Shown here piece after piece: positions 1-8,260 of a DNA stretch of 62,416 nt. The notes under the pieces are model-generated. The model had not been told where the DNA came from and did no database searches. It was given only the letters and a program-made list of their open reading frames with translations. Position 1 is the stretch's first letter; the number at the start of each line of letters is the position of its first letter. The stretch is from Methanobacteriota archaeon (lineage in GTDB: Archaea; Thermoplasmatota; Poseidoniia; Poseidoniales; Poseidoniaceae). Made by a program: the position numbers and the translations under genes. The stretch lies in assembly GCA_002699515.1 (NCBI GenBank), contig PAAW01000061.1:1-62416 (forward strand), in the 5' to 3' direction.

Positions 1-735
1 GCAATGTTAGAAAATGAAAACTTTTTATTTCATAGTTGTTTAAGTGTAAATATGAACATTGGATTATTAACACCTAAAGAAGTGGTTAAGAAAGCTTTAA
101 AATATGCGGAAAAAGAATCTGTGCCATTAAATTCTCTTGAGGGATTTATTCGACAAATTATTGGATGGCGAGAGTTTATAAGAGGTATATATATTGAAGA
201 AGGAAACTTTCAACAAAATCAGAACTACTGGAATCATAAAAATAAGCTTACTTCTTCATGGTATGAGGGAGATACAGGCCTAGATCCATTAGATGATGCA
301 ATCAAGACAACAATTAATGATGGATACATACATCATATTCCCAGACTTATGGTGATAAGTAATATTATGAACCTTTCCGGAATTCATCCAAAAGAAATCT
401 ATAGGTGGTTTATGGAGATGTACATAGATTCATCAGAATGGGTTATGGTGCCAAATATATTTGGAATGGCAACTTATGCTGACGGGGGCTTAATGTCTAC
501 AAAGCCGTATACGTGTGGATCTAATTACATTTTAAAAATGAGCAACTATAAAAAAGGGGAATGGTGTGAAGTGATGGATGGATTATATTGGAGATTTACT
601 CAAAACAATAGGAAATTTTATGAATCAAATCCAAGGCTTTCTATGGTGATAAGAAATTTAGACAGAATGGACGTAGAGAAAAAAGAACGTATTTTTAACA
701 AAGCCGATGAATTTATTAATAAGAATACAAAGTGA
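1..735 (+). CDS. Cryptochrome/photolyase-family protein, COG3046-type (photolyase-related, PhrB/CryB-like clade); C-terminal part only, 5' end outside the window
   Basis: The frame of track ORF 4..735 is open from base 1. Motifs [35 protein letters not shown] and [16 protein letters not shown] are typical of the FAD-binding C-terminal domain of this family. Confidence 0.8.
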   Translation, partial: AMLENENFLFHSCLSVNMNIGLLTPKEVVKKALKYAEKESVPLNSLEGFIRQIIGWREFIRGIYIEEGNFQQNQNYWNHKNKLTSSWYEGDTGLDPLDDAIKTTINDGYIHHIPRLMVISNIMNLSGIHPKEIYRWFMEMYIDSSEWVMVPNIFGMATYADGGLMSTKPYTCGSNYILKMSNYKKGEWCEVMDGLYWRFTQNNRKFYESNPRLSMVIRNLDRMDVEKKERIFNKADEFINKNTK

Positions 736-848
736 AGAATGAAAAAATTTGTAAAACTTGTAGAAAATTTTTTCAATGGAGGAAAAAATGGGAACGAGAT
801 TGGGAGAATGTTCTTTACTGTAGCGAAAAATGTAGAAGGAATAAGTAA
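732..848 (+). CDS. DUF2256-like small Cys4 (zinc-ribbon-like) protein, 38 codons; absent from the supplied ORF track
   Basis: Hand translation from GTG 732 (GTGA overlap with upstream stop 733-735) gives [38 protein letters not shown], with stop TAA at 846-848. The CxxC..WRKKW..W..V.YCSxxC pattern matches my memory of DUF2256. Confidence 0.6.
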   Translation: MKNEKICKTCRKFFQWRKKWERDWENVLYCSEKCRRNK

Positions 849-858
849 AAATAAAAAT

Positions 859-2646
859 TTAATTATCCACCATTTTTAATACATACTTATTATTCTTAAG
901 TATTTCCTTAGAAGGTCCGTTATCAAGAATTTCTCCTTTTTCTATAACAACTATTTCATCTGCTAGTTCAAGTAATCTTCTCGAATGAGTAATTAATAAA
1001 ATAGTTTGATCATTCTTTACTTCCTCGATATATTTTTTTAAAGTATCTTCACTATCAAAATCAAGATTACTTGTAGGCTCATCAAGAATTAGCAATTCTG
1101 AGGGTTTTAGATAAGACCTTATGAAGTTTAATTTTTGTTTTTGTCCACTAGAAAGATTTATTCCACCTTGTCCTAAAGTGCTTTTAATTTCAGGAATAAC
1201 ATTTTCTAAATTTAATATTCTCATAGAATTTTGTATATTTTTATCCGATATTTCAGTATTAAATAATTTTATATTTTCCTCAATAGTTCTATTAAAAAAT
1301 AGTGCATCTTGAGAGACATATGATATGTTTTGTCTCAAACTATTTGAATTTATATTTAATAGGTCAGTATCATCAATCAAAATATTTCCATTGTCAGGTT
1401 TATAAATCTTTAATATTAAATCTACAATAGTACTTTTTCCTGAACCTGATTCTCCAAGTAGAGCGGTAGTTTTATTTTTCTTTATTTCAAATGAGATATT
1501 ATTTATAACGGGTGTCTTATCCTTATAAGAAAAATTTACATTATTAAAAGCTATGTCATTATTTAATTTTTTAAATTCAATTTGATTTTTATCAATAGGT
1601 TCTTCTTCAAGATCTAAAAATCTTTGTATTCGCTCGTTGTATACATAGTTAGCCTCAATTAGGTTCCTCGCATTATTTATTTGAGATATTGTAGGTAAGA
1701 CTTTAAATAGTAGAAGAAGAAATGGTATTAATAAAACAGTCCAAGATTCGTCCTGGCTTCTAAAGATATATGCACCGAGAATTATCAACATAGCTATTGA
1801 AAAACTATTTATAAAATTATTTACTGGAAGACCAAATGTAAAATTAAATGAATATTTGTATCTTGATTTTAGAAATTTTATATAAGAAGCTCGCATTCTT
1901 TCTAATTGAGATTCTACAATGCCAGAAGAAAGAATATTTTTGAAGTTACCAAAAGTTTCATTAAGCTCAGCATTCAATGTAACTAAAATTTCAGCAAGCT
2001 CTTTCTGGGCATTTTTTAACCTTCTGCCTAAAATTCCCGTTATCAGTATAGAAACAATAACAAAAAAGAAGATTGAAGCAAAAGTTAAATAAGGAGAAAC
2101 AGAGGCCATAACAATTAAGTAAATTGTTAATAAAACGAAAGGTTGCAGTGTTACTAAAAATTTATACACGACTGAACCAATTTGTAATATATCAGAAGAA
2201 AGAAAAGTAAAGTAAGTTCCAGATTCCTGAGCGAAGAAAGTCTTATATTTTATTTGCCCTATTTTCTTTATTACTTTGTCAGCGATACTTTCATTAACCT
2301 TATACTCAACTCGTGCAGCAAGGATGCCTGAGTAAATATTTAATACTAATTCGATTGAACTTAAAATAATAATAAAAATAGCAGCAGATCTAATCCGAGA
2401 GTTAAAATCAGATTCTGAAAATATACCTAAATAATTATCAAGAAAATCAAATGGTGTATCTTGGAAAATAGGCCTAGTTGAACCACCTAATATTGGAATT
2501 ATTAATCCTATGCTAAGACCACCAGATATAGCTGAAACACCTGACAAAATAACTATCAAGATCGATTCTAATTTATTAGATTTTAAATGACTTAATAAGT
2601 ATCTGTAGGAATTACTTCTTGATTTTAGATTTAAAATTTTGATCAT
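859..2646 (-). CDS. ABC exporter, fused permease + ATPase (MsbA/PglK-type half transporter)
   Basis: 595 aa. The N-terminal half has about 6 hydrophobic helices. NBD motifs: Walker A GESGSGKST, Q-loop VSQD, signature LSSGQKQK, Walker B LLILDEPTS, H-loop ITHS. Confidence 0.85.
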   Translation of the reverse strand: MIKILNLKSRSNSYRYLLSHLKSNKLESILIVILSGVSAISGGLSIGLIIPILGGSTRPIFQDTPFDFLDNYLGIFSESDFNSRIRSAAIFIIILSSIELVLNIYSGILAARVEYKVNESIADKVIKKIGQIKYKTFFAQESGTYFTFLSSDILQIGSVVYKFLVTLQPFVLLTIYLIVMASVSPYLTFASIFFFVIVSILITGILGRRLKNAQKELAEILVTLNAELNETFGNFKNILSSGIVESQLERMRASYIKFLKSRYKYSFNFTFGLPVNNFINSFSIAMLIILGAYIFRSQDESWTVLLIPFLLLLFKVLPTISQINNARNLIEANYVYNERIQRFLDLEEEPIDKNQIEFKKLNNDIAFNNVNFSYKDKTPVINNISFEIKKNKTTALLGESGSGKSTIVDLILKIYKPDNGNILIDDTDLLNINSNSLRQNISYVSQDALFFNRTIEENIKLFNTEISDKNIQNSMRILNLENVIPEIKSTLGQGGINLSSGQKQKLNFIRSYLKPSELLILDEPTSNLDFDSEDTLKKYIEEVKNDQTILLITHSRRLLELADEIVVIEKGEILDNGPSKEILKNNKYVLKMVDN

Positions 2647-2742
2647 AATAATACTTTAATAACAAACAATTTTATTTTAACAAGCATTGCGAAAAGACTG
2701 ACTTTTATAATTAGTTATATAGATAAAGTAAATAAGTAAATT

Positions 2743-3336
2743 TCAAAAGTTATAAATCTCTTTATAACTTTTGATTAGTTCGTTTATTTTGTCTTTATCT
2801 AAATTTGAACTTTCTAGTCCTCTATAGTTTATACCAATTGGTTTTGCAGGGACTCCTGCATAGATTAGACCACTTTCTAATTTTCCTTTTGCAAAAGCAC
2901 TTGCTCCAACCATTGTCGCTATTCCAACTTCACAGTGCTGATGAAGTGTTGAACTCATTCCCAAATTTGCATAATCACTTACCTTAGAATGACCGCCAAC
3001 ATTTACAGATGGTGAAACAGTTACATTGTTTCCAATAATCGCATCATGGCCAATGTGTGACTTATTCATGATATAACAATTCTCTCCGATCTGAGTATTG
3101 TCTTTTATGCCATTGTTGATTGTTACATGCTCTCTAATTATGCTATTTTTCTTTATCAAGACACTCTTTAGTTTTTCATCCATACTGTACTCCCTATGTT
3201 CTCCAGGAGATCCAATTGAGACAAAAGATGAAATATTTACATTATCTTCAATTACGACATTGCCAATTATTTCAGTGAAATTTGAAATAAAAACATTTTT
3301 TCCAATTGTTGCATTTTTATCTATATTTGGATTCAT
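2743..3336 (-). CDS. Hexapeptide-repeat acyltransferase, short LpxA-like paralog
   Basis: 197 aa of imperfect hexapeptide repeats. SHIGHDAIIGNNV (LpxA catalytic-His context) and the C-terminal GINYRGLESS..INELIKSYKEIY segment parallel LpxA, but the protein is about 65 aa shorter and has no lpxD/fabZ/lpxB neighbours. Confidence 0.65.
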   Translation of the reverse strand: MNPNIDKNATIGKNVFISNFTEIIGNVVIEDNVNISSFVSIGSPGEHREYSMDEKLKSVLIKKNSIIREHVTINNGIKDNTQIGENCYIMNKSHIGHDAIIGNNVTVSPSVNVGGHSKVSDYANLGMSSTLHQHCEVGIATMVGASAFAKGKLESGLIYAGVPAKPIGINYRGLESSNLDKDKINELIKSYKEIYNF

Positions 3337-3535
3337 ATTAAGTTATATATTAATAATTAATTATTTTGAATATATTAAAGATTAAAAAAACATTTGTTGT
3401 AATTCTAAAATTATATTTGATAAAATACTTATTAAAAGAACGATTGGAACATTAAAGAAGCATGATAATTTTGATGTTGTATTGCGGCTTTGGAACAATT
3501 GATGAATATTGGCAGTTAATTAGAGACATCCAAAA
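3337..3535. promoter_or_regulatory. Largest divergent intergenic region (199 bp); presumed bidirectional promoter region
   Basis: It lies between divergent starts 3336 (-) and 3536 (+). Only its position supports this call; no specific -35/-10 element is assigned. Confidence 0.3.
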
Positions 3536-4234
3536 TTGAAAAAAAATGGAATTTCAGTAATTGTTCCTGTATTTAATGAAGAAAATACAATTGCTTTAGT
3601 ATTAAAAAATTTAATTAAAATAGATGAAGTCAATGAAATTGTTGTGATTGATGACAATTCAGCGGATAAAACCGTAAACGAAATTAAAAAAGTTATATCT
3701 TCTAAAATTATTTTGATAGAAAATAGTGAAAACTTAGGAAAAGGAGCAACAGTAAGGCAATCTTTTCCTCACTTATTGAGTGAATATAGTGTTATACAAG
3801 ATGCAGATTTAGAGCTAGATCCAGCCTATATAAAAGAATATTTTAAATTAGCAACTAAAAACGATTTAGATGTTGTTTTTGGTTCAAGATTTAAAAATTT
3901 TAGAATTGATGGATATCCATTTTCCTTATCTTTAGCAAATAAAATTTACACTGAATTAATCAACTATTTAACAAGTTCTAAATACTCTGATGTTAACTGT
4001 GGACATAAATTTTTTAAAACAAACGAGCTATTAAAAATCGATTTTAAGGAAAATCATTTTGGAGCAGATCCTGAGATTTCCTATATAGTTGCACATAAAA
4101 AGTTAGCATTCTCAGAATATAAAATTAATTTTACAGCTAGAAATAAATCTCAAGGTAAAAAGATAACCTGGCTTGACGGTTTAAAATTTTTTAAGATTAT
4201 ATTTAATGTACATCGCCGTTTTAAGAGTTTTTAA
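3536..4234 (+). CDS. GT2 glycosyltransferase, Dpm1/GtrB-like (polyprenyl-phosphate sugar synthase type)
   Basis: TTG start. Motifs ISVIVPVFNEE, VIDDNSADKT and QDADLE (DxD). The 232 aa size fits the single-domain GT2 type. Confidence 0.75.
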   Translation: MKKNGISVIVPVFNEENTIALVLKNLIKIDEVNEIVVIDDNSADKTVNEIKKVISSKIILIENSENLGKGATVRQSFPHLLSEYSVIQDADLELDPAYIKEYFKLATKNDLDVVFGSRFKNFRIDGYPFSLSLANKIYTELINYLTSSKYSDVNCGHKFFKTNELLKIDFKENHFGADPEISYIVAHKKLAFSEYKINFTARNKSQGKKITWLDGLKFFKIIFNVHRRFKSF

Positions 4235-4237
4235 ATA

Positions 4238-5161
4238 TTATTTATTATCTTGAGCTTTATCAACCTGGATTAAAAGATTGCTTATTTCATCTATAAAGTT
4301 GCTTTCAACCATTCCTTTAAATTTGAAGTTTTCTTTAAAGCCTACAACAGGATCGATTTTCTTAATCTCACTGTTTATATATTTATTATTTACGAAGAAA
4401 GCATTGACGCCGTTATTTTCACAATAAACTAAAGAGTAGTTCTTTTGTTCAGCAATATAGTTCAGTGCATCAAGAGAAGCGCCAAAAACTAATTCAGATT
4501 TGTGATATTCATATCTAGAGAAATTTTCAACCAGAGGTACAGAGTATTTTTTTTCAACACCTAGTAGAGAATTGTATTCAACGACAAATATTGGGATTTG
4601 ATAATCTAAAAGTTTTTCAAAAATGTAATAATCTATACCATCTATATCTAGAGAGCACAATGCAAAGTCCTCTAGACGTAATTGTTTGTTTAACTCTTGA
4701 ATAGTTTCAGGGATAACCATATTTACTATATACTCACTTTTTCCAATATTTTTAAAATTATGAATTAAATGATTTTTATTTTCTTTTTGTATATTCAATG
4801 CTTTAGAGTCTCCATCAAGAAAAACTGATTCAAATCCAAAATTAAGATTTAAATTTAAAATATTTGAACTAACTCCACCTGCACCAATTTCTATGCACTT
4901 ATTCTGTCTTATTTGTAGCTCTTTCAGGAGGTGAAGAATGATTCCGTCTTCCCCATTTTGAGAAAATATTTGAAATTCTTTAGAGCTTAAATCTTCTGAC
5001 TTATTTAGTTCGCTATAATTATTTAAAAGATAATTGATGTTGTTTATCTTTGATCTGTTTGAGTCAATATATAGACTATGAATATTAGTAAACTGCATTA
5101 AATTTCTTCTTATTAAAACTTTTTTTATAAATTTATATACATTAGATAACTTCATTGTCAC
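4238..5161 (-). CDS. Putative SAM-dependent methyltransferase (FkbM/Methyltransf_21-related)
   Basis: The SQNGEDGII .. IEIGAGG .. FLDGD pattern recalls FkbM-like proteins. Assignment rests on motif memory only. Confidence 0.4.
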   Translation of the reverse strand: MTMKLSNVYKFIKKVLIRRNLMQFTNIHSLYIDSNRSKINNINYLLNNYSELNKSEDLSSKEFQIFSQNGEDGIILHLLKELQIRQNKCIEIGAGGVSSNILNLNLNFGFESVFLDGDSKALNIQKENKNHLIHNFKNIGKSEYIVNMVIPETIQELNKQLRLEDFALCSLDIDGIDYYIFEKLLDYQIPIFVVEYNSLLGVEKKYSVPLVENFSRYEYHKSELVFGASLDALNYIAEQKNYSLVYCENNGVNAFFVNNKYINSEIKKIDPVVGFKENFKFKGMVESNFIDEISNLLIQVDKAQDNK

Positions 5162-5166
5162 TCCTA

Positions 5167-6693
5167 TTAATAATATGAAATTAATAAAATTTTAGATTTT
5201 CTTTCTTTATTACTCATTATTTTTTCATCAGTATAAAAAGAATCATCAGTATGATGTTCAGTTGATATTTCTTCAAAAATTGCTCCAGACTTACTATAAA
5301 AACTATGCTTCAAGTCTCTTTCAACTGTTAACATATCACCTTTTGAAAGAGCATGTTTATTGTTGTCTAAAACAACTTCAAGGTCACCTTCTAGTAAAAT
5401 AAAAGTCTCTTCTTTTATTTTATGAAAATGTTCTGGATGTGTTTGTCCAGGGAATTGATAAAGTATTTTTTTGCAGTAGTCTTTATTTACTAGAGTAATC
5501 ATACAGGTTCCATATTTGTAGAAATTTTCTACTCCATAGTGGTGAGATATTTCAAGGTCAATATTTCTTGGTAAAGTTATATCAAATTTTTTCAGTTCAT
5601 CACTTACTTTGTCTCTTATGATTTCAATTTCAGGTCTTGTATTTTTGATTAATAAATTATTTTTAATAAGTGCTTCGTCTATCTTAATTTTTCTTGATGT
5701 TGTTATTTCACTGAATTTAGATATATCGTTAGCCAGAAGCTGATTTTTTTCAGGAGGTATTGCAAAATAAATATTATCTTTTATTGCATCTTTCTCCATA
5801 ACATTTTCTTTTGTGAAAACACCTCTTTTGAGGTCCCGTAAAGCATCTATTTCTTTGTCTATAATCTTTTCCCTATTTTGAGATGTTCCTATTATTTTTT
5901 TAGCATCCACTAAATTTTCCAACCATGAAGAGTATTGCTCCAAATTTACTGAATAATCATTTATTAAGTATCCTTTTGGCTTATCTTCTAAAGCTATATG
6001 TTTCTCGAAGATTTTTGCACCTGCAGCTAAAGCTAAACCAGCAGTATTATCAACTTCCCCCGCCTCATGAGTAGAAAAACCTATAGGCGTTCCCGGGAAT
6101 GTAGTAATTAATTCATTAATAAATCCTAAATTGAGATCATACTTTTCAGTAGGGTATAAACTTACGCAATAATTTAGCGCTATAGATTTTTCTCTATTTT
6201 TCATATATGAATAAAATCTTTTGATTTTATCTAAAGAAGCCCCTCCCACCGAAGCAATTATATTTTCATGTGATGATTGTCCTATTTTTTCTATCAAAGG
6301 CCAATCATCTAAAGATGCACTTGCTATTTTTAAAATATCAAAATTATCTTCAATTACTTTATCTACAGAAGGCTCATCAAAAGGTGTACACATTGTATAG
6401 AGACTTAGCTCCTTAACTTTATCAATTAAAGCTATCCATTCGTCAGGTTCCAGCTTTGTTTCAAGAAATCTCTTAACGTACTTTATATCAGAATCAACAT
6501 AATCTTTATGTATAAACGTATCCAAATTTCTGTATTGAAACTTTAAAGCAAAATTAAATTCATCAAAATATTTCTTTGAAGCAGTTCCAAATTGTTCAAT
6601 AATATTTAATCCATGTGCTATATCACCTTGGTGGTTGTTTGCTAGCTCAAGAACTATGAGAGGCTTATCAAAGCTACTAAAATTTCCTTTCAT
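5167..6693 (-). CDS. NeuB-family nonulosonic/sialic acid synthase with SAF-like middle segment and fused C-terminal cupin domain
   Basis: 508 aa. N-terminal LELANNHQGD and ALKFQ match the NeuB TIM barrel. The C-terminal HPEHFHKIKEETFILLEG and KGDMLTVERDLKHSF are the two cupin motifs. Confidence 0.7.
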   Translation of the reverse strand: MKGNFSSFDKPLIVLELANNHQGDIAHGLNIIEQFGTASKKYFDEFNFALKFQYRNLDTFIHKDYVDSDIKYVKRFLETKLEPDEWIALIDKVKELSLYTMCTPFDEPSVDKVIEDNFDILKIASASLDDWPLIEKIGQSSHENIIASVGGASLDKIKRFYSYMKNREKSIALNYCVSLYPTEKYDLNLGFINELITTFPGTPIGFSTHEAGEVDNTAGLALAAGAKIFEKHIALEDKPKGYLINDYSVNLEQYSSWLENLVDAKKIIGTSQNREKIIDKEIDALRDLKRGVFTKENVMEKDAIKDNIYFAIPPEKNQLLANDISKFSEITTSRKIKIDEALIKNNLLIKNTRPEIEIIRDKVSDELKKFDITLPRNIDLEISHHYGVENFYKYGTCMITLVNKDYCKKILYQFPGQTHPEHFHKIKEETFILLEGDLEVVLDNNKHALSKGDMLTVERDLKHSFYSKSGAIFEEISTEHHTDDSFYTDEKIMSNKERKSKILLISYY

Positions 6694-6716
6694 TATAAAT
6701 TCATTATAAATTCATT

Positions 6717-7022
6717 TTATTCTTCTTTGATAAACCAATTAAAATAATCTCTTGATTTATCATCAATGTAATAATCTGCATTAGGTTTCCCGAATATAAG
6801 TTCGTTGTACTTTAAACCCCACTCTCTCAATTGATTTTTGGTAAGCTCTTTATGGTCAATACCAGTTGCACTACCTCTTGCTGTAAATATAATTATCGAA
6901 TTTCCTTCATCATAGAGTTTATTTACCTGTTCTATTCTGTCTGAGTATGGAACAGCATCTTCATAATTTTCAGGACTTTTAGAACACAAAGTTCCATCTA
7001 TGTCAAAACAAAATATTTTCAT
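6717..7022 (-). CDS. Minimal (capless) HAD-superfamily phosphatase
   Basis: 101 aa carrying all four HAD motifs: FDIDGTL (DxDxT), IFTARG (T), FGKP (K), YIDDKS (DD). Confidence 0.65.
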   Translation of the reverse strand: MKIFCFDIDGTLCSKSPENYEDAVPYSDRIEQVNKLYDEGNSIIIFTARGSATGIDHKELTKNQLREWGLKYNELIFGKPNADYYIDDKSRDYFNWFIKEE

Positions 7023-7068
7023 AAATTCCTATACTCACTTCATTTATATTCTATATTATTATTCAATT

Positions 7069-8235
7069 GTGAACATTGTTATTATTACTTTTTCTGGAAT
7101 TCCAACAGTTGACTATTGTTTGCCCTTAGTAAGTAAAGATGAAGATAATAAATATTTCCTGGTTACAAATTCCTTAAATTACAAGAAATTGTTCCCTGAT
7201 TTTGATGATACAAAAAAACTTATGGATCAATTTAAAGTAGCAAATATAGACTTATCTTCTTTTTCAATATTAAGAATTATAAAATATTTTTTTAAATTTA
7301 ATTTTAGAAACTATAGAACAAATAACTATTTAGTTAAATTTACAAATAAGCTTGAAAGAGTTTTAGTAAAAAAACTTAATTTGACAATAAAAACTTTAAA
7401 AAAAATTAATCCCGACGTAGTATTTTTTGATCATAGAGACCCCACTACTATTGAAAATTATGAAAAATTATTTGAGTATTTCAAAAAAAATAATATAGAA
7501 GTATATTTAACACCTCATGCTCCGCACTACTTAGAAGAAAATGAACACTTACCAACAAAACTAAATAAACATTTACTCAGCAATGTAAAGTATCTTGAAG
7601 CTTTTAAATTTTCTAAATTAGATAAAGATGATAAAAATCTATACGAAGAAACTTTATTGAACTCTTATCCTGGTTTTGATAAATCTTGGTTAAAGTTCCT
7701 AGACTCAAGCACTCAATACACTGATTCTTTAGTTGTACTATTAAGACCATTTCACGCAAAAAACTCAAAATGGGATAAAGCAGAGAAAGTTGTTATGGAA
7801 GATCATGAGTTAGATGAAATTATAAAAGGGGTGAATAATTTAATAAAGAGAAATAAATACAATAGTATAATAATTAAACCTCATCCTAAGAATTTTAAAA
7901 AAGATCTAACAAGTCATGTCTTGCCTTTTATAGAACATAAAAATGTTACTATCTATAGAGATTCTATTTATAATTTAATTTCAAAAAAAAATCAGTTTAT
8001 TTCGACTTATTCAACTACTTTACTTGTAGCAATTGCAAACGAGTCACCAACATATATAATTAACAGTCAAATTTTCAATAAAGTATTTAAAGACTGGGAT
8101 GTCTTATCAGATTTGTATTCAAACTTTTCCGGATTTTCGTATTCAAAAGACCTTGATCAATTAACAGTAGATGTTAAATCAGACAAAGACCACCTTTATA
8201 CATTTTTTAATGAAACAAATTCCAAGTTTATTTAA
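7069..8235 (+). CDS. Uncharacterised TagF/KpsS-like (GT-B C-terminal domain, HP motif) surface-carbohydrate protein
   Basis: The track ORF is 7000..8235. I prefer the in-frame GTG at 7069 (VNIVIITFSG..) because 7000-7022 overlaps the divergent HAD gene. The IIIKPHPKN ... STYSTTLLVA pattern supports the family call. Confidence 0.4.
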   Translation: MNIVIITFSGIPTVDYCLPLVSKDEDNKYFLVTNSLNYKKLFPDFDDTKKLMDQFKVANIDLSSFSILRIIKYFFKFNFRNYRTNNYLVKFTNKLERVLVKKLNLTIKTLKKINPDVVFFDHRDPTTIENYEKLFEYFKKNNIEVYLTPHAPHYLEENEHLPTKLNKHLLSNVKYLEAFKFSKLDKDDKNLYEETLLNSYPGFDKSWLKFLDSSTQYTDSLVVLLRPFHAKNSKWDKAEKVVMEDHELDEIIKGVNNLIKRNKYNSIIIKPHPKNFKKDLTSHVLPFIEHKNVTIYRDSIYNLISKKNQFISTYSTTLLVAIANESPTYIINSQIFNKVFKDWDVLSDLYSNFSGFSYSKDLDQLTVDVKSDKDHLYTFFNETNSKFI

Positions 8236-8260
8236 ATTATTGGCGATAATAGGTATATAA

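Noticed and set aside
3462-3539. A 25-codon upstream ORF (MIILMLYCGFGTIDEYWQLIRDIQN) ending in an ATTGA overlap with the TTG start of the GT2 gene. A similar 33-codon ORF at 57625-57726 overlaps the start of the 57710 gene.
   Set aside because: No recognisable motif or RBS, and such lengths arise by chance in 100-200 bp spacers. They could be leader peptides, but nothing in the sequence supports that beyond their position.
7000-7068. ATG 7000 as the start of the 411-aa ORF.
   Set aside because: The first 23 codons overlap the divergent HAD gene start and translate to a Y/I-rich AT-promoter-like sequence. In-frame GTG 7069 gives VNIVIITFSG... The choice is not certain, and ATG 7000 remains possible.
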